A stretch of DNA of 64,000 bases, from the NCBI GenBank assembly GCA_001792345.1, contig MGGJ01000009.1, positions 3,711 to 67,710 on the forward strand. The letters run 5' to 3'. Position numbers and translations under genes: made by a program. The notes under the pieces are model-generated. The model was not told the DNA's origin. It searched no databases and saw only the letters and a program-made list of their open reading frames with translations. Shown here one piece after another: positions 8,930 through 19,107 of the stretch (the first letter of the stretch is position 1; every line of letters starts with the position of its first letter). This stretch comes from Candidatus Woesebacteria bacterium RIFCSPHIGHO2_01_FULL_39_32. GTDB taxonomy: Bacteria; Patescibacteriota; Microgenomatia; UBA8517.

Positions 8930-10639
8930 TTAACTAAGCTTTAAATCTTTAACTTTTAACTGCAAACTTTTGTTACCATTCCAGGTATCAAGAGATAGAT
9001 TGTAGGCAATACCAACTTTCTTATTGGGGGAGAGCAGAGGAGCGATTTCACCTTTCCCAAAAGCAATTGCGTTAAATATTTTATCGTCTTTTTCAAGTGT
9101 AAGTTTTAAATGCTTCCCTTCTGCCCCAACCGTTCGAGCATCGACAACACTTACATTTTTTGTAATAAATACGGGCGTGGGGTTCCCAATTCCTGTTGGT
9201 TCAAATTTTGAAATCTCCGCTTCAAGTTCCACATTTAAGTTCTTAAATTCTACCTCCGTATCGACCTTCAATTTTTTGGTTAATACATCGTCCGTAAGTA
9301 ACGGCGAAGTAATTTCTTCAAATTTTTTTGCGAAAATTTCTATCTTTCCGGTTTCAATACTAAACCCTGCAGCCATTGGGTGACCACCTCCACCCAAAGT
9401 AATACTATCAAGCTTCCTTATCGATTCGATAATGTTAAACCCCGAAATTGAACGAGCGGAAGCTTTACTAATCTTTTTTCCTTTTGACAAAACTATAGCT
9501 GGTCTATAAAACTCTTCAACCAATTTTGATGCAGCTAAACCAATTACTCCTTCGTGATAGCTCTCGTGCGCTAAAACTATAGCGCCGCTCCATTCATTTT
9601 TTTGTGCCATTTTTCGGGCATGCAAAACCACTTCATCAACAACCCTTTGACGTTCTCTATTTGTTCTTCCCAAGAAATTCGCAAGTTCTCTCGCTTTTTG
9701 AGAATTTTTGGTGCATAAAAGTCGTAAGGAATCGATGGCATGCTCCATTCGTCCCATCGCATTTATCCGTGGGGCAATAATAAAGTTAACTTCGTAAGTT
9801 CCAATCTTTGCACCTTGCAGGGTACGACCCTGCAAATTTCTTAAACCAGCTTCTTCATACAAAGCAAGCAGGCCAGGCCTTCCCGTATAGTTCAAAGCTT
9901 CTAAGCCATATTTTGCAAAAGAACGGTTTGGACCAAGCAAAGGCAATTGATCCGCAATAGTGCCCATGGCAGCCAGTTCTAAACTGTTTCCTATTAGGAT
10001 TTGGGATTTGGGATTTGGGATTTTTTTAATAATCTCTCTTGCTAATATCCAAGCCACTCCCGCTCCGGAAATCTTGTCCGTATGAATAATGGAATATGCC
10101 TTCGGAAGTTTTTTTCCTTTCTGGTGATGATCAGTAATAATTACGTCGATTCCAAGTTTGTTCGCCTTATCAACAGCATCATTTGCTACAATACCGTTAT
10201 CTACAGTAATTAAAAGTTTGAAATTTGGAAATTGGGATTTGAGATTTCCAATGCTTCCAGCATTGGCGCCATAACCTTCATCAAACCTGTTTGGAATGTA
10301 CGGGATAACGTTCTTAGTTAAGGAATACAGACATTCCCACAAAACTGCTGTTGCGCAAATACCATCTGCATCATAATCGCCGTATATAATTATTTGCTCT
10401 TTATTCTTTATCGCATTTTTAACTCGTTTTATAGCTTTATCAAGCTGTTTTTGATCCAAATTTAAACTTTTAACTGTAATTTTTCCGGGATGTATAGGAT
10501 TAAAAAACTCCTCTTTTTGGCTTTTAGTTTTCAAGCCACGATTCTCCAGCAAGATATTAATAATTTCGTTTATTTGAAATTTGGATTCTGGATTCTGGAT
10601 TTTCTTGAGTATCTCCCACCTTAAATCTTTATTTACCAT
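8930..10639 (-). CDS. recJ: Single-stranded-DNA-specific exonuclease RecJ
   Basis: YGDYDADG, TVDNG, TDHH, PRINAMGR, SARS and GGHPMAAG motifs. Confidence 0.96.
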   Translation of the reverse strand: MVNKDLRWEILKKIQNPESKFQINEIINILLENRGLKTKSQKEEFFNPIHPGKITVKSLNLDQKQLDKAIKRVKNAIKNKEQIIIYGDYDADGICATAVLWECLYSLTKNVIPYIPNRFDEGYGANAGSIGNLKSQFPNFKLLITVDNGIVANDAVDKANKLGIDVIITDHHQKGKKLPKAYSIIHTDKISGAGVAWILAREIIKKIPNPKSQILIGNSLELAAMGTIADQLPLLGPNRSFAKYGLEALNYTGRPGLLALYEEAGLRNLQGRTLQGAKIGTYEVNFIIAPRINAMGRMEHAIDSLRLLCTKNSQKARELANFLGRTNRERQRVVDEVVLHARKMAQKNEWSGAIVLAHESYHEGVIGLAASKLVEEFYRPAIVLSKGKKISKASARSISGFNIIESIRKLDSITLGGGGHPMAAGFSIETGKIEIFAKKFEEITSPLLTDDVLTKKLKVDTEVEFKNLNVELEAEISKFEPTGIGNPTPVFITKNVSVVDARTVGAEGKHLKLTLEKDDKIFNAIAFGKGEIAPLLSPNKKVGIAYNLSLDTWNGNKSLQLKVKDLKLS

Positions 10640-10732
10640 ATCTACTTTCCTAATATCTTAAGTATATTAATATCCTACGACTATGTAGTAGTCGAACAAA
10701 TATCTAATTATCTGAAGTATAATGGTATCACG

Positions 10733-12154
10733 ATGAAAGTAGAAATACCCTCCAAGGTTGAGGAAATTGTAGACAAATTTGAGCAAACCGGCTATGAAAT
10801 TTATATAGTCGGAGGGGCAGTGCGAGATATTTTGATGGGTAAGTCGGTCTACGATTGGGATTTCGCAACAAAAGCAACTCCCGATGAAATTCTCAAGTTA
10901 TTTAAAGATGCGTATTACACTAACGAATTCGGAACGGTAGGAATACCAAATGAAAATAAAGACGAAAGACCTTATGAGATAACAACCTTTAGAACAGAAC
11001 ATGGATACTCAGACGCCAGACGTCCGGATAAAGTCGAATGGGGAAAAACTCTTGAGGAAGACTTGAAAAGACGCGATTTTACTTGGAATGCAATGGCCTT
11101 AAAACCAGAGCATGAGAGTAAAAGAGTAAAAGAGTTTAAGTCTGAAAAAACTAAGACCACTCAAGCTCTTACACTATCAAGCCCTTTCACTCTAATTGAT
11201 CCCTTCGCTGGCCAAGAAGACATTAAAGACAAGCTAGTCCGAGCAGTTGGTGATCCTAACGAACGCTTTTCTGAAGATGGACTCCGACTGATGCGAGCTA
11301 TTCGAATAGCGACGGAACTTATGTTTACTATCGAAGAAAAAACATTTGAGGCTATAAGGGTAAACGCTTCTTTAATCAATAAAATTTCAAAAGAAAGAGT
11401 GAGGGATGAACTTTTTAAAATACTTAAATCTCCTAATCCGTACGAGGGGATATTACTTTTTAAAAATTCGGGTTTAATGCAGGAGATTTTACCTGAAATG
11501 GAAAAAACATTTGGAGTCGAGCAGAAATCTCCGGGGAGACATCATATTTACGATGTCGGAACTCATAGTCTTTACTCGCTGAAGCATGTTGCTGAAAGAA
11601 ACTCGGATCCTGTCGTACGATTCGCAACTTTAATCCATGACATCGGTAAACCTCAAACATTTAAAAAATTGGGTAACGGGACAATTACCTTTTATAACCA
11701 TGAAATTATTAGCGCTCAAATTGTCAAAAGAATTGCGGATAGACTCAGGTTTTCTAACAAAGAAAAGGATAAATTATACAGACTAGTCAGATATCACCAA
11801 TTTAGTGTTGACGAAAGGCAAACTGATTCAGCCCTTCGAAGATTTTTAAGAAAAGTTGGGTTGGAAAACGTTGGCGACATGCTCGACCTACGGGTTGGAG
11901 ACCGTCTCGGAGGAGGAGCAAGAGAAACAAGCTGGCGCTTGGAAGAATTCAAAAAAAGACTTATCGAAGTTCAGAAACAACCTTTCACTGTCCACGATTT
12001 AAAAATTAAAGGTAATGATGTAATGAAAGTATTAGGAATAGAACCCGGACCTATGGTTGGAAAGGTATTAGATAAATTATTCGAAGAAGTCGTCGAGAAA
12101 AAAATTGAAAATGAAAAAAGCGTGCTTCTTAATAGAATCAAAAATCTATCGTAA
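10733..12154 (+). CDS. cca: CCA tRNA nucleotidyltransferase with HD domain
   Basis: VGGAVRD, DWDFAT, EDLKRRDFT, EDGLRLMRA and HDIGK motifs. Confidence 0.93.
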   Translation: MKVEIPSKVEEIVDKFEQTGYEIYIVGGAVRDILMGKSVYDWDFATKATPDEILKLFKDAYYTNEFGTVGIPNENKDERPYEITTFRTEHGYSDARRPDKVEWGKTLEEDLKRRDFTWNAMALKPEHESKRVKEFKSEKTKTTQALTLSSPFTLIDPFAGQEDIKDKLVRAVGDPNERFSEDGLRLMRAIRIATELMFTIEEKTFEAIRVNASLINKISKERVRDELFKILKSPNPYEGILLFKNSGLMQEILPEMEKTFGVEQKSPGRHHIYDVGTHSLYSLKHVAERNSDPVVRFATLIHDIGKPQTFKKLGNGTITFYNHEIISAQIVKRIADRLRFSNKEKDKLYRLVRYHQFSVDERQTDSALRRFLRKVGLENVGDMLDLRVGDRLGGGARETSWRLEEFKKRLIEVQKQPFTVHDLKIKGNDVMKVLGIEPGPMVGKVLDKLFEEVVEKKIENEKSVLLNRIKNLS

Positions 12155-12178
12155 AAATCATTTTAAATTTAGTCCTAC

Positions 12179-12208
12179 TTGTTCTATTGTTCTAGAACAG
12201 TAGAACAA
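12179..12208. repeat. 30-bp palindrome TTGTTCTATTGTTCT/AGAACAGTAGAACAA
   Basis: Palindrome with one mismatch; a near-identical copy lies at 22883-22916. Confidence 0.85.
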
Positions 12209-12219
12209 ATTGTAAAGAA

Positions 12220-12519
12220 ATGTTTGAAAAAATTTTACAAGTTGTAGAACGTTCTAATGCGAAATTAACTGGAAATCTTGATCAATTTTTCAAACGTTTT
12301 GCTCCTTTCAAAGAGTTGCCTTTTTTCGCCACACACTTTACGGATTTTACAAAAGTAATTATTTATTCTTTCTTTGTGCTTATTCCACTCCTGATACTTA
12401 AAATACTTTTTCCTTACAAACGTCGTTTCACTTACCCTATTTTGCTGATTCTCGGAATAATAGGCTTAAGTCTTTTTGGAATTTTCCTCGGCTTTCTCCA
12501 ACTTTTATATGGTTTCTGA
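12220..12519 (+). CDS. Small membrane protein (2 TM)
   Basis: 99 aa ORF with two hydrophobic segments. Confidence 0.6.
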   Translation: MFEKILQVVERSNAKLTGNLDQFFKRFAPFKELPFFATHFTDFTKVIIYSFFVLIPLLILKILFPYKRRFTYPILLILGIIGLSLFGIFLGFLQLLYGF

Positions 12520-12651
12520 TTTTTTGTAGAAAAACCTTAAATTTCAAATTCTTTAATTCTATGTTGAGATGTGAGAAATGATGAGAAGTTTGACACTTGG
12601 CATAGACTTTCCTTGATTTTAGACCCTTACTTGGTGCTAATATAATAGACA

Positions 12652-13311
12652 GTGAAAAAGAAAAAGTTTGTAAAAAATCATTTAATTTTTATTCTTTTGT
12701 CTATTATATTTCTTATAGTAGGAGTATTAGTAATTTTAAAATCTCAATTTGGAACTCGTTTACTTTCACAAATCACACAAAATGCAAATAATTATTTTGA
12801 GGTAGATAATAAAGTTGAAGAATATAATCCAAATTGGGATAAAAGACCGACGTTACCTCAACCTTTAAGTAAATGGGAGGTTAATACATCACCTAATTAT
12901 TATTCTGAGTTTTTAGCAAAATACTCGTGCTCGGACTTTAACTGTCTCGCTGATCAATCAGCATATGACCTGAATATGGCTGATATCAAAGCATACTATA
13001 TCCAAGATACCTGGGAAGACACTTTTAAAAGGATTATGTGGTATTGTGGGGCTTCTGGACTAGGTGGAGAAGTTTGGTGTGAGTATGTAAACTACAAAGA
13101 CTTCACAAGTAGCCGTGGTGCAAAGGGATTTGTTATCACTCAGACTAGAAATTATACTGGTATTCGAACTGAAGTCGTTGAAGATAGAAGTTACGTATTT
13201 CCGGTAAACGATAAGAATTTTCCGGCAGTAATTCTTTATACGGGTTTACCAAATCCGGACAATTTAGCCTTTTTGGATAAAGTAGCAGATTCCTTCTTGG
13301 CAGGGGAATAA
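12652..13311 (+). CDS. Membrane-anchored hypothetical protein (PsbP/Mog1p-like C-terminus)
   Basis: N-terminal TM helix; ends LDKVADSF; TATAAT 5 nt before the GTG. Confidence 0.65.
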   Translation: MKKKKFVKNHLIFILLSIIFLIVGVLVILKSQFGTRLLSQITQNANNYFEVDNKVEEYNPNWDKRPTLPQPLSKWEVNTSPNYYSEFLAKYSCSDFNCLADQSAYDLNMADIKAYYIQDTWEDTFKRIMWYCGASGLGGEVWCEYVNYKDFTSSRGAKGFVITQTRNYTGIRTEVVEDRSYVFPVNDKNFPAVILYTGLPNPDNLAFLDKVADSFLAGE

Positions 13312-13344
13312 CGCCAACTTCAATAAATGCAATTATTAAAACAC

Positions 13345-14178
13345 TTAGGGCAAACTTTCGCAGGCAACTCCGTCACCGTCGGAATCGAGTTTATGAATAT
13401 CATTTGATGCACCGCCGCAGGAATCAAAAACTGACTGAGCTTCTGCATGAATCTTAAAATCAGTACAATTATATTTATTTGAACTACAATCTGCTGTACC
13501 CGTGGACTGTATCACGGTAACATCGTTCTTCGCTTTTTCGTCACCGGTGTTTACCTGAAGCTTAACATCTTGCTCGGACCCACTCACACATTTACTCCAA
13601 AGCCCTCGATTATTATCCCGAGCGTCTTTTTCGGCAGCTCTAAATAATTCGGAATACCTTACATCTGGCGGATACGTAACCGCTGTCGCATATCCCTCAC
13701 GCACTAAATACTCATTAACAAAAAGCTCTCCTTGTCCTGACTCTAAGGGTACCCATACATATCGTAAAAGTCTATTGTATCTATCTGTTTCCGAGACATC
13801 TTTTTCCAGACGAATTTCTTTACCTAATACCAGTTCGGTATTTTTCGCAGTCGACTCGTTAGCAAAACACTCTCGACCTCCGGAAATTTCAGGTGTATCT
13901 ATACCGATATAGCGAACAGTTTCACTATTCTCTAATCGTATCGTATCCCCGTCAATAACCTTTGTCACCTTGATTAAATCTCCTACAACCTCTTGCTTCT
14001 CACCAATAACTTGAGGGGTAACATTCGAAATATTTTGGGTAATCTCCGAAGGTCCATTCTTGTCAGAGATCTGTCTAATAACAGGCTTTTGCAACCGACC
14101 GACGAAAACAATAATGAAAATAAAATTCAGTAAAACTGAGAAAAGGAGAAAATAATTTCTCTTGCTGATATAAGCCAT
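13345..14178 (-). CDS. Thermonuclease (SNase) with C-terminal Excalibur Ca-binding domain
   Basis: VIDGDTI, VRYIGIDTPE, DRYNRLLRYV and RGLW motifs; C-terminal NCTDF...LDSDGDGVACE. Confidence 0.93.
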   Translation of the reverse strand: MAYISKRNYFLLFSVLLNFIFIIVFVGRLQKPVIRQISDKNGPSEITQNISNVTPQVIGEKQEVVGDLIKVTKVIDGDTIRLENSETVRYIGIDTPEISGGRECFANESTAKNTELVLGKEIRLEKDVSETDRYNRLLRYVWVPLESGQGELFVNEYLVREGYATAVTYPPDVRYSELFRAAEKDARDNNRGLWSKCVSGSEQDVKLQVNTGDEKAKNDVTVIQSTGTADCSSNKYNCTDFKIHAEAQSVFDSCGGASNDIHKLDSDGDGVACESLP

Positions 14179-14183
14179 AAAGC

Positions 14184-15062
14184 TTACTTTTTAAACTTCA
14201 GTCTTTTTGAAAGGTTATCCCAAGTTACCAAAAGCGGGACTGCCACGAATGGAGACGAATAGGTTCCAAGAACTGTCCCTATAAAAAGTGCAACGGCGAA
14301 CCATCTTATGGTCGAACCACCCAAAAGAATGAGTGCAACTAACATAAAGGTAATTGTGAACGAATTATTAAGAGATCTAACCATTGTTTCGGTAATTGAT
14401 TTGTTTGCTAAATCATATAAATTTACTCCGAATCTCTTCTGAGACTCTCTAATTCTGTCATAAACAACAATTGTGTCGTGAACCGAAAAAGAAAGTGTAG
14501 TTAAAACAGCAGTAACAAAAAGGAAGTCGACCTCCGCGCCCCAAAAATGTCCGAGAATAGCAAATAATCCGACTAAATTAAACGTATCATGAAACATTGC
14601 AAGTATTGCCGAGGCGCCAAACATAATACTTTTGAATTGGTAGGCAACCCAGAGAAGTATAACTACCGCAGCTATTGTAATAGCATAAATTGTCTTTTTG
14701 ACCAGTTCTGGGCCAATCGATGGACCTACTGTTTCAAACCGCAATTCTTCAAAAGTTTTGCCAGATCCTTCTAATACCGATTTAAATTTGTCTTTTTCTT
14801 CAGGGTTGAGTGGAGATAAACGGAAAATATACTGTTTCTCACCTGTGGTTTGAACACTTGAAACTTCAATCCCCTCATTTTCTAGACTCTTTGAAACTTC
14901 TTCTGTGGAAAGAGATTCTTGGAATTTATATTCTGCAATTGTTCCTCCTTTGAAGTCGACTCCAAGATTAAATCCCCACGAAACTAAACTGTAAACTCCA
15001 ATAACAATCAAAATTATTGAAATTACAAAATAAATTTTCCTGTATTTCATCCAATCAATCAT
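14184..15062 (-). CDS. secF: Protein translocase subunit SecF
   Basis: GVDFKGGT, VGPSIG and SVHDTIVVYDRIRE motifs. Confidence 0.96.
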   Translation of the reverse strand: MIDWMKYRKIYFVISIILIVIGVYSLVSWGFNLGVDFKGGTIAEYKFQESLSTEEVSKSLENEGIEVSSVQTTGEKQYIFRLSPLNPEEKDKFKSVLEGSGKTFEELRFETVGPSIGPELVKKTIYAITIAAVVILLWVAYQFKSIMFGASAILAMFHDTFNLVGLFAILGHFWGAEVDFLFVTAVLTTLSFSVHDTIVVYDRIRESQKRFGVNLYDLANKSITETMVRSLNNSFTITFMLVALILLGGSTIRWFAVALFIGTVLGTYSSPFVAVPLLVTWDNLSKRLKFKK

Positions 15063-16393
15063 TTTATTTTTTTCTCTTTAATGAAAATCCTTAGTAAATT
15101 TCTACTTACTACTATTCCGGTGAATAAACTGATCAGAATACCCAAAGATAGGGTAATTGCAAATCCTCTTACAGGACCAGATGTGTGTAAAAATGATAAA
15201 TCAAGTGGATTTGCCAAAATAAATGCAGTAACAAGCGTTGCTATATTTGCATCCCTTATGGAGTCCCAGGCTCTACCGAATGAAACTTCCAGTGCATTTT
15301 TATATGCACGTAACTTACGCTCTTCTTTAAATCGCTCGAAAATAAGGATATTTGAGTCAACTGCCATTCCTACTGATAGAAGAAATCCCGCAATTCCGGG
15401 TAATGTCAAAACTACAGGAATAAGTTTGTAAAGGGCTAAAGTTAGCACGCCAAAAATAGTAAGCGCTATGTTGGCAACTACACCCAACCTACCGTAGGCA
15501 AGTACCATAAAGACTAATACCATAAAAAGTCCGGTTAAGCCTGCACGTATACTTTTTGTAACGGACTCGGCTCCCAGTGTTGCTCCAACCGTACGTTGTT
15601 CAACTAGACTAACCGGGACAGGTAATGCCCCCGCGTTTAACTGAATTGACAAATTTTTAGCCGCCTCCAGTGTAAACTCCCCGCTTATAATAGCGGATCC
15701 TCCGGTAATTTTTTCTTGTACAATAGGGGAAGATACTGGATCGCTATCAAGAAATATATGAACTGGCTTACCGATATTCCGTTCTGTGATCTCTGCAAAT
15801 TTTCTTGCACCCTCGTCTGTAAACTGCAATTGCACAACGGGTTTTCCCGTATTCGTGTCAAAAGTAACATCGGATTTTTTCAAATCCGCTCCAGTTAAAT
15901 CGGTTGGAAAAATTCCGGGTTCTTCTTCTGTGCCGCTTTCTGCAAAAGACAGTTGTGCTGTTTGTCCGATGAGATCTATCGCTTCTTTTGTATCTTTAAC
16001 TCCTGGAAGTTCTACAATAACCCTGTCCTTACCTTCAAAGGAGGAAATTTGGACGTTTGGCTCGGATATACCAAAAAAATTTACTCTCCGCTCGATTACA
16101 CTTCTTAAACTCGTCATGGCGACTTTACGTTCCGACTCACCCAAATTGCCAGCTTGCGCTTCAAAAACAAGGTGACTTCCACCAGCCAGATCAAGGCCCA
16201 GGACCAATTCGAAGTTATTTTTAATTGAAATTTTTTGCGTTTCTATATTAATTCCAGGTCTTACTATTTTCTTTTCGATTTGAACCGAACCTTTATGGAT
16301 AGATACAGGAATTTCAGGAGGTAAACTTATATACGCTGCAAAAAAACTTAATACAAATATTATTACTACTTTTATAAATGGAGATAGTTTCAT
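15059..16393 (-). CDS. secD: Protein translocase subunit SecD
   Basis: LGLDLAGG, LNAGALP and GMAVDSNILIFER motifs. Confidence 0.96.
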   Translation of the reverse strand: MKLSPFIKVVIIFVLSFFAAYISLPPEIPVSIHKGSVQIEKKIVRPGINIETQKISIKNNFELVLGLDLAGGSHLVFEAQAGNLGESERKVAMTSLRSVIERRVNFFGISEPNVQISSFEGKDRVIVELPGVKDTKEAIDLIGQTAQLSFAESGTEEEPGIFPTDLTGADLKKSDVTFDTNTGKPVVQLQFTDEGARKFAEITERNIGKPVHIFLDSDPVSSPIVQEKITGGSAIISGEFTLEAAKNLSIQLNAGALPVPVSLVEQRTVGATLGAESVTKSIRAGLTGLFMVLVFMVLAYGRLGVVANIALTIFGVLTLALYKLIPVVLTLPGIAGFLLSVGMAVDSNILIFERFKEERKLRAYKNALEVSFGRAWDSIRDANIATLVTAFILANPLDLSFLHTSGPVRGFAITLSLGILISLFTGIVVSRNLLRIFIKEKKIK

Positions 16394-16408
16394 ATCGCGT
16401 ATGAGGAG

Positions 16409-16993
16409 TTAACTAACTAACTCTTGTTCATCACCAATTATCATAACTCGACTTCCGGACAAAATCCCAGTTAAGAATGGATCACGTCTTTTCTTCCGAA
16501 AATCAAACTCTTCTCTACTCATCACCGTGTAATTAATTTCTTTACTTCTTTTTGATTCTTCCTTTCGAATTAAAGCCGCAAGCTCAGGAAGAACTATATC
16601 CCCAACCACCAGAATATCAACTTCATCGTCACGCTTTCTTTCCTTTCTTCTAACAAAACGGCCTGAAAACATGATGAAGTTGACTTTTCCAATCTTACCT
16701 TTATTGGAAATTAAATCTAACCCCAAGTTTTTGGTTTTTGCAACCATCGACAAAAGGTCTCCGAAAAACGGGTACTCGGTGCGAAGCCAATAATAAACCC
16801 TATTCCCACGAGGCTCTTTCTTCAGAATTCCAGCTTTTTCAAAGCGTTCAAGTTCCCTTCGAACTGCGTTTATTTCTTCTTGAGTCTCCCTGACTACACC
16901 CCGAACATGATACATTTCGGTAATATCCGCCAGGAAAAGTTCCAATATCTTAATTCGAACTTTTGAAGTAATTATGTCTGAAAGATCTGCCAT
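16409..16993 (-). CDS. wHTH plus nucleotidyltransferase-like domain protein
   Basis: N-terminal SKVRIKIL...INAVRRELE wHTH; C-terminal FSGRF...VDILVVG MNT-like motif. Confidence 0.7.
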   Translation of the reverse strand: MADLSDIITSKVRIKILELFLADITEMYHVRGVVRETQEEINAVRRELERFEKAGILKKEPRGNRVYYWLRTEYPFFGDLLSMVAKTKNLGLDLISNKGKIGKVNFIMFSGRFVRRKERKRDDEVDILVVGDIVLPELAALIRKEESKRSKEINYTVMSREEFDFRKKRRDPFLTGILSGSRVMIIGDEQELVS

Positions 16994-17017
16994 TTAATTT
17001 GGGCAGTGAGGGGCAAT

Positions 17018-18238
17018 TTAATAACTTATATCATTCCCTGCCGGAACTGCTTCGATCCAAATTTCTCCCCGTACAAAACTTATCTCTTTATCATCTTCGT
17101 CAAAAAATCTGGTTCTGTCATCTTGTGTCCTTTTTTTCCACGAACCGGAAATTACATCGCCGTTTTGGAAAATTAGTGCTTCGCCGGATCCTACTGTTGT
17201 ATAGAACATATGGCCTTCTTTGTCAACAGGTCCCTTTTCGGCAACAAATTGAACTATTACGTTTTTAGATGAAATTTGCTCTTTTCTTTCAAAATCCTGG
17301 TGTTCCTTGCCACCATTTAACCGAAGATATTTATTGCCTTCCTGCTTGTATTTCCAAGTCACATTGTAGTCAGGTTTATTACTCCAAAATTCGAAAGAAA
17401 TCTCGCTGTAGGCGGGTGTGGATAAGGGTTTTTCGTCCACAAATTTCCATACTGCAAAATCCTCGCCCCACGGATTGTCTTCAGAGTCGTTGAAACCAAA
17501 TCCTCTTTTTTCCGCTTCTTCGAATATTTTATCCGTAAATCCTTCGTATGAGTGTTCCCAAAGTGCTTTCTCGCCTAATCGATACTGATTCCGTACAACT
17601 GCCGGTGCCCCTAAATTAGTACCAGCATCCATTGCGTTACCGCTAGCTACTCTCCAACCTAGCTTGGTTAACATTTTGAAAGCATCAACCTCAGGCGCAA
17701 CGTCACCCCTTGTCTTTATCCCACCCGGACAATCTTTACAAATATTATTAGCTCCTCCGGAGTGGACAAATACAGGAAACTTACTGTATTCAGATGCCCA
17801 ATCAATAAAATAAACCCTAACACTTCTAATCGGTGCAATTCTTATATCTTTTATAGATGTCCCGCAGTAAAGCACTGCCAAAAATCTCGTAATACCACCC
17901 TCGGCAACCGCTTCATACACTACATCTGCATAGGACAAACCGGATTGAGGCCGCGAATCTAAATGATTCTCAATTATTGCTGTCATGGGCCGCCTTTTTT
18001 CCCAAATATCTCTTTCGGGTTTACTAAACATCTTTCCATTAATAGGACATTCCTCGGTTTTAGGTAAATTAGGGTCAATTCTTCCTCTTTCCTCTGCAAC
18101 TTTTTTTGCGCCCCCCTCAGGTCCACTTTTGAGATAAGAAAATAACGCCAAGCTTGTTCCGGTAGAAAATAAATAGACTCCTAACAAACTCACAAAAAAC
18201 ATGAACTTTTTGTTAGAAGTTAGGTTTTGTATATTCAT
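17018..18238 (-). CDS. DUF3048 (YerB-like) membrane-anchored protein
   Basis: IENHxxSRPQSGL, VYEAVAEGGITRF and PIRSVR motifs. Confidence 0.88.
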   Translation of the reverse strand: MNIQNLTSNKKFMFFVSLLGVYLFSTGTSLALFSYLKSGPEGGAKKVAEERGRIDPNLPKTEECPINGKMFSKPERDIWEKRRPMTAIIENHLDSRPQSGLSYADVVYEAVAEGGITRFLAVLYCGTSIKDIRIAPIRSVRVYFIDWASEYSKFPVFVHSGGANNICKDCPGGIKTRGDVAPEVDAFKMLTKLGWRVASGNAMDAGTNLGAPAVVRNQYRLGEKALWEHSYEGFTDKIFEEAEKRGFGFNDSEDNPWGEDFAVWKFVDEKPLSTPAYSEISFEFWSNKPDYNVTWKYKQEGNKYLRLNGGKEHQDFERKEQISSKNVIVQFVAEKGPVDKEGHMFYTTVGSGEALIFQNGDVISGSWKKRTQDDRTRFFDEDDKEISFVRGEIWIEAVPAGNDISY

Positions 18239-18241
18239 AAT

Positions 18242-18709
18242 TCAATTTTTGCTTTTTTTCGCCTCTAGTAACGATTTCTTTTCCTCGCTGGAAAGCTCTA
18301 CATCCACTTTACCCTTTTTGACATTCTTTATATATACCCTAGTTCTCTCCCGAGTATGCAATCCTGTAATAATAACTCCGTTATCGTCTGCATCCAAAAG
18401 AGTTAGTACAAAGCTATGTTCTCCTCCCAATTCTTTAAAGGGATTAAATCGAAGCAAACTTATCTTTTGTAAATTCTTTCTACTTTTTTCTTCGAAATTT
18501 TGTAATGAACGAGAAAGCTCTTCAATCCCTCTGCTGTTTTGTTTTTCCCTATCAACCACTCTTTCAAGAATCGTTATAAGATTATCCTTCGTAACATCTT
18601 TTGAAAGAGACTTGAAATATCTAAAAATTCGATAATTTACAATACTCAAAGCGGTAAGCCAGATACCAAGCACCGCAAAAATAAAAAAAATAATCCCTTG
18701 CAAATCCAT
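18242..18709 (-). CDS. DUF4446 family protein
   Basis: TM plus coiled coil; RFNPFxELGGxxSF and LSxEE motifs. Confidence 0.85.
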   Translation of the reverse strand: MDLQGIIFFIFAVLGIWLTALSIVNYRIFRYFKSLSKDVTKDNLITILERVVDREKQNSRGIEELSRSLQNFEEKSRKNLQKISLLRFNPFKELGGEHSFVLTLLDADDNGVIITGLHTRERTRVYIKNVKKGKVDVELSSEEKKSLLEAKKSKN

Positions 18710-18897
18710 AATTCAAAGGGCAGTCAGATCTTCGAGTACAATAATGACTCAAACATTTTTACATCTTGCACTTGGGGTGTCAAGCCACAATCATATAAAT
18801 TCATTGAGAAGCAACACAGTGAAATTGCGGAGATAAAATCTAAACCCCCCACTGAAAGGAAGGGAATTAACAATAAAGTCGTTAGACGTTTGGGTTC

Positions 18898-19101
18898 TTA
18901 CCCTTCAGAGGATCTTATTACCCTAGAAACTCCATACTTAACATTGATACTTTCGCTACCTTCTGTGGATTTATGACCCACATCCTCTAAATCCTCTGCT
19001 GCAATTGAAGTTTCTTTTCTTTCGTATAATACTAAAGTAACCTCTTCATCTCCAATCGTTGCTTTAACAGTGAATTCACCTGGTTCTAATCTTTCACTCA
19101 T
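18898..19101 (-). CDS. Small acidic hypothetical protein
   Basis: 67 aa; ATG lies 6 nt after the stop of the upstream small ORF. Confidence 0.55.
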   Translation of the reverse strand: MSERLEPGEFTVKATIGDEEVTLVLYERKETSIAAEDLEDVGHKSTEGSESINVKYGVSRVIRSSEG

Positions 19102-19107
19102 AATTTT

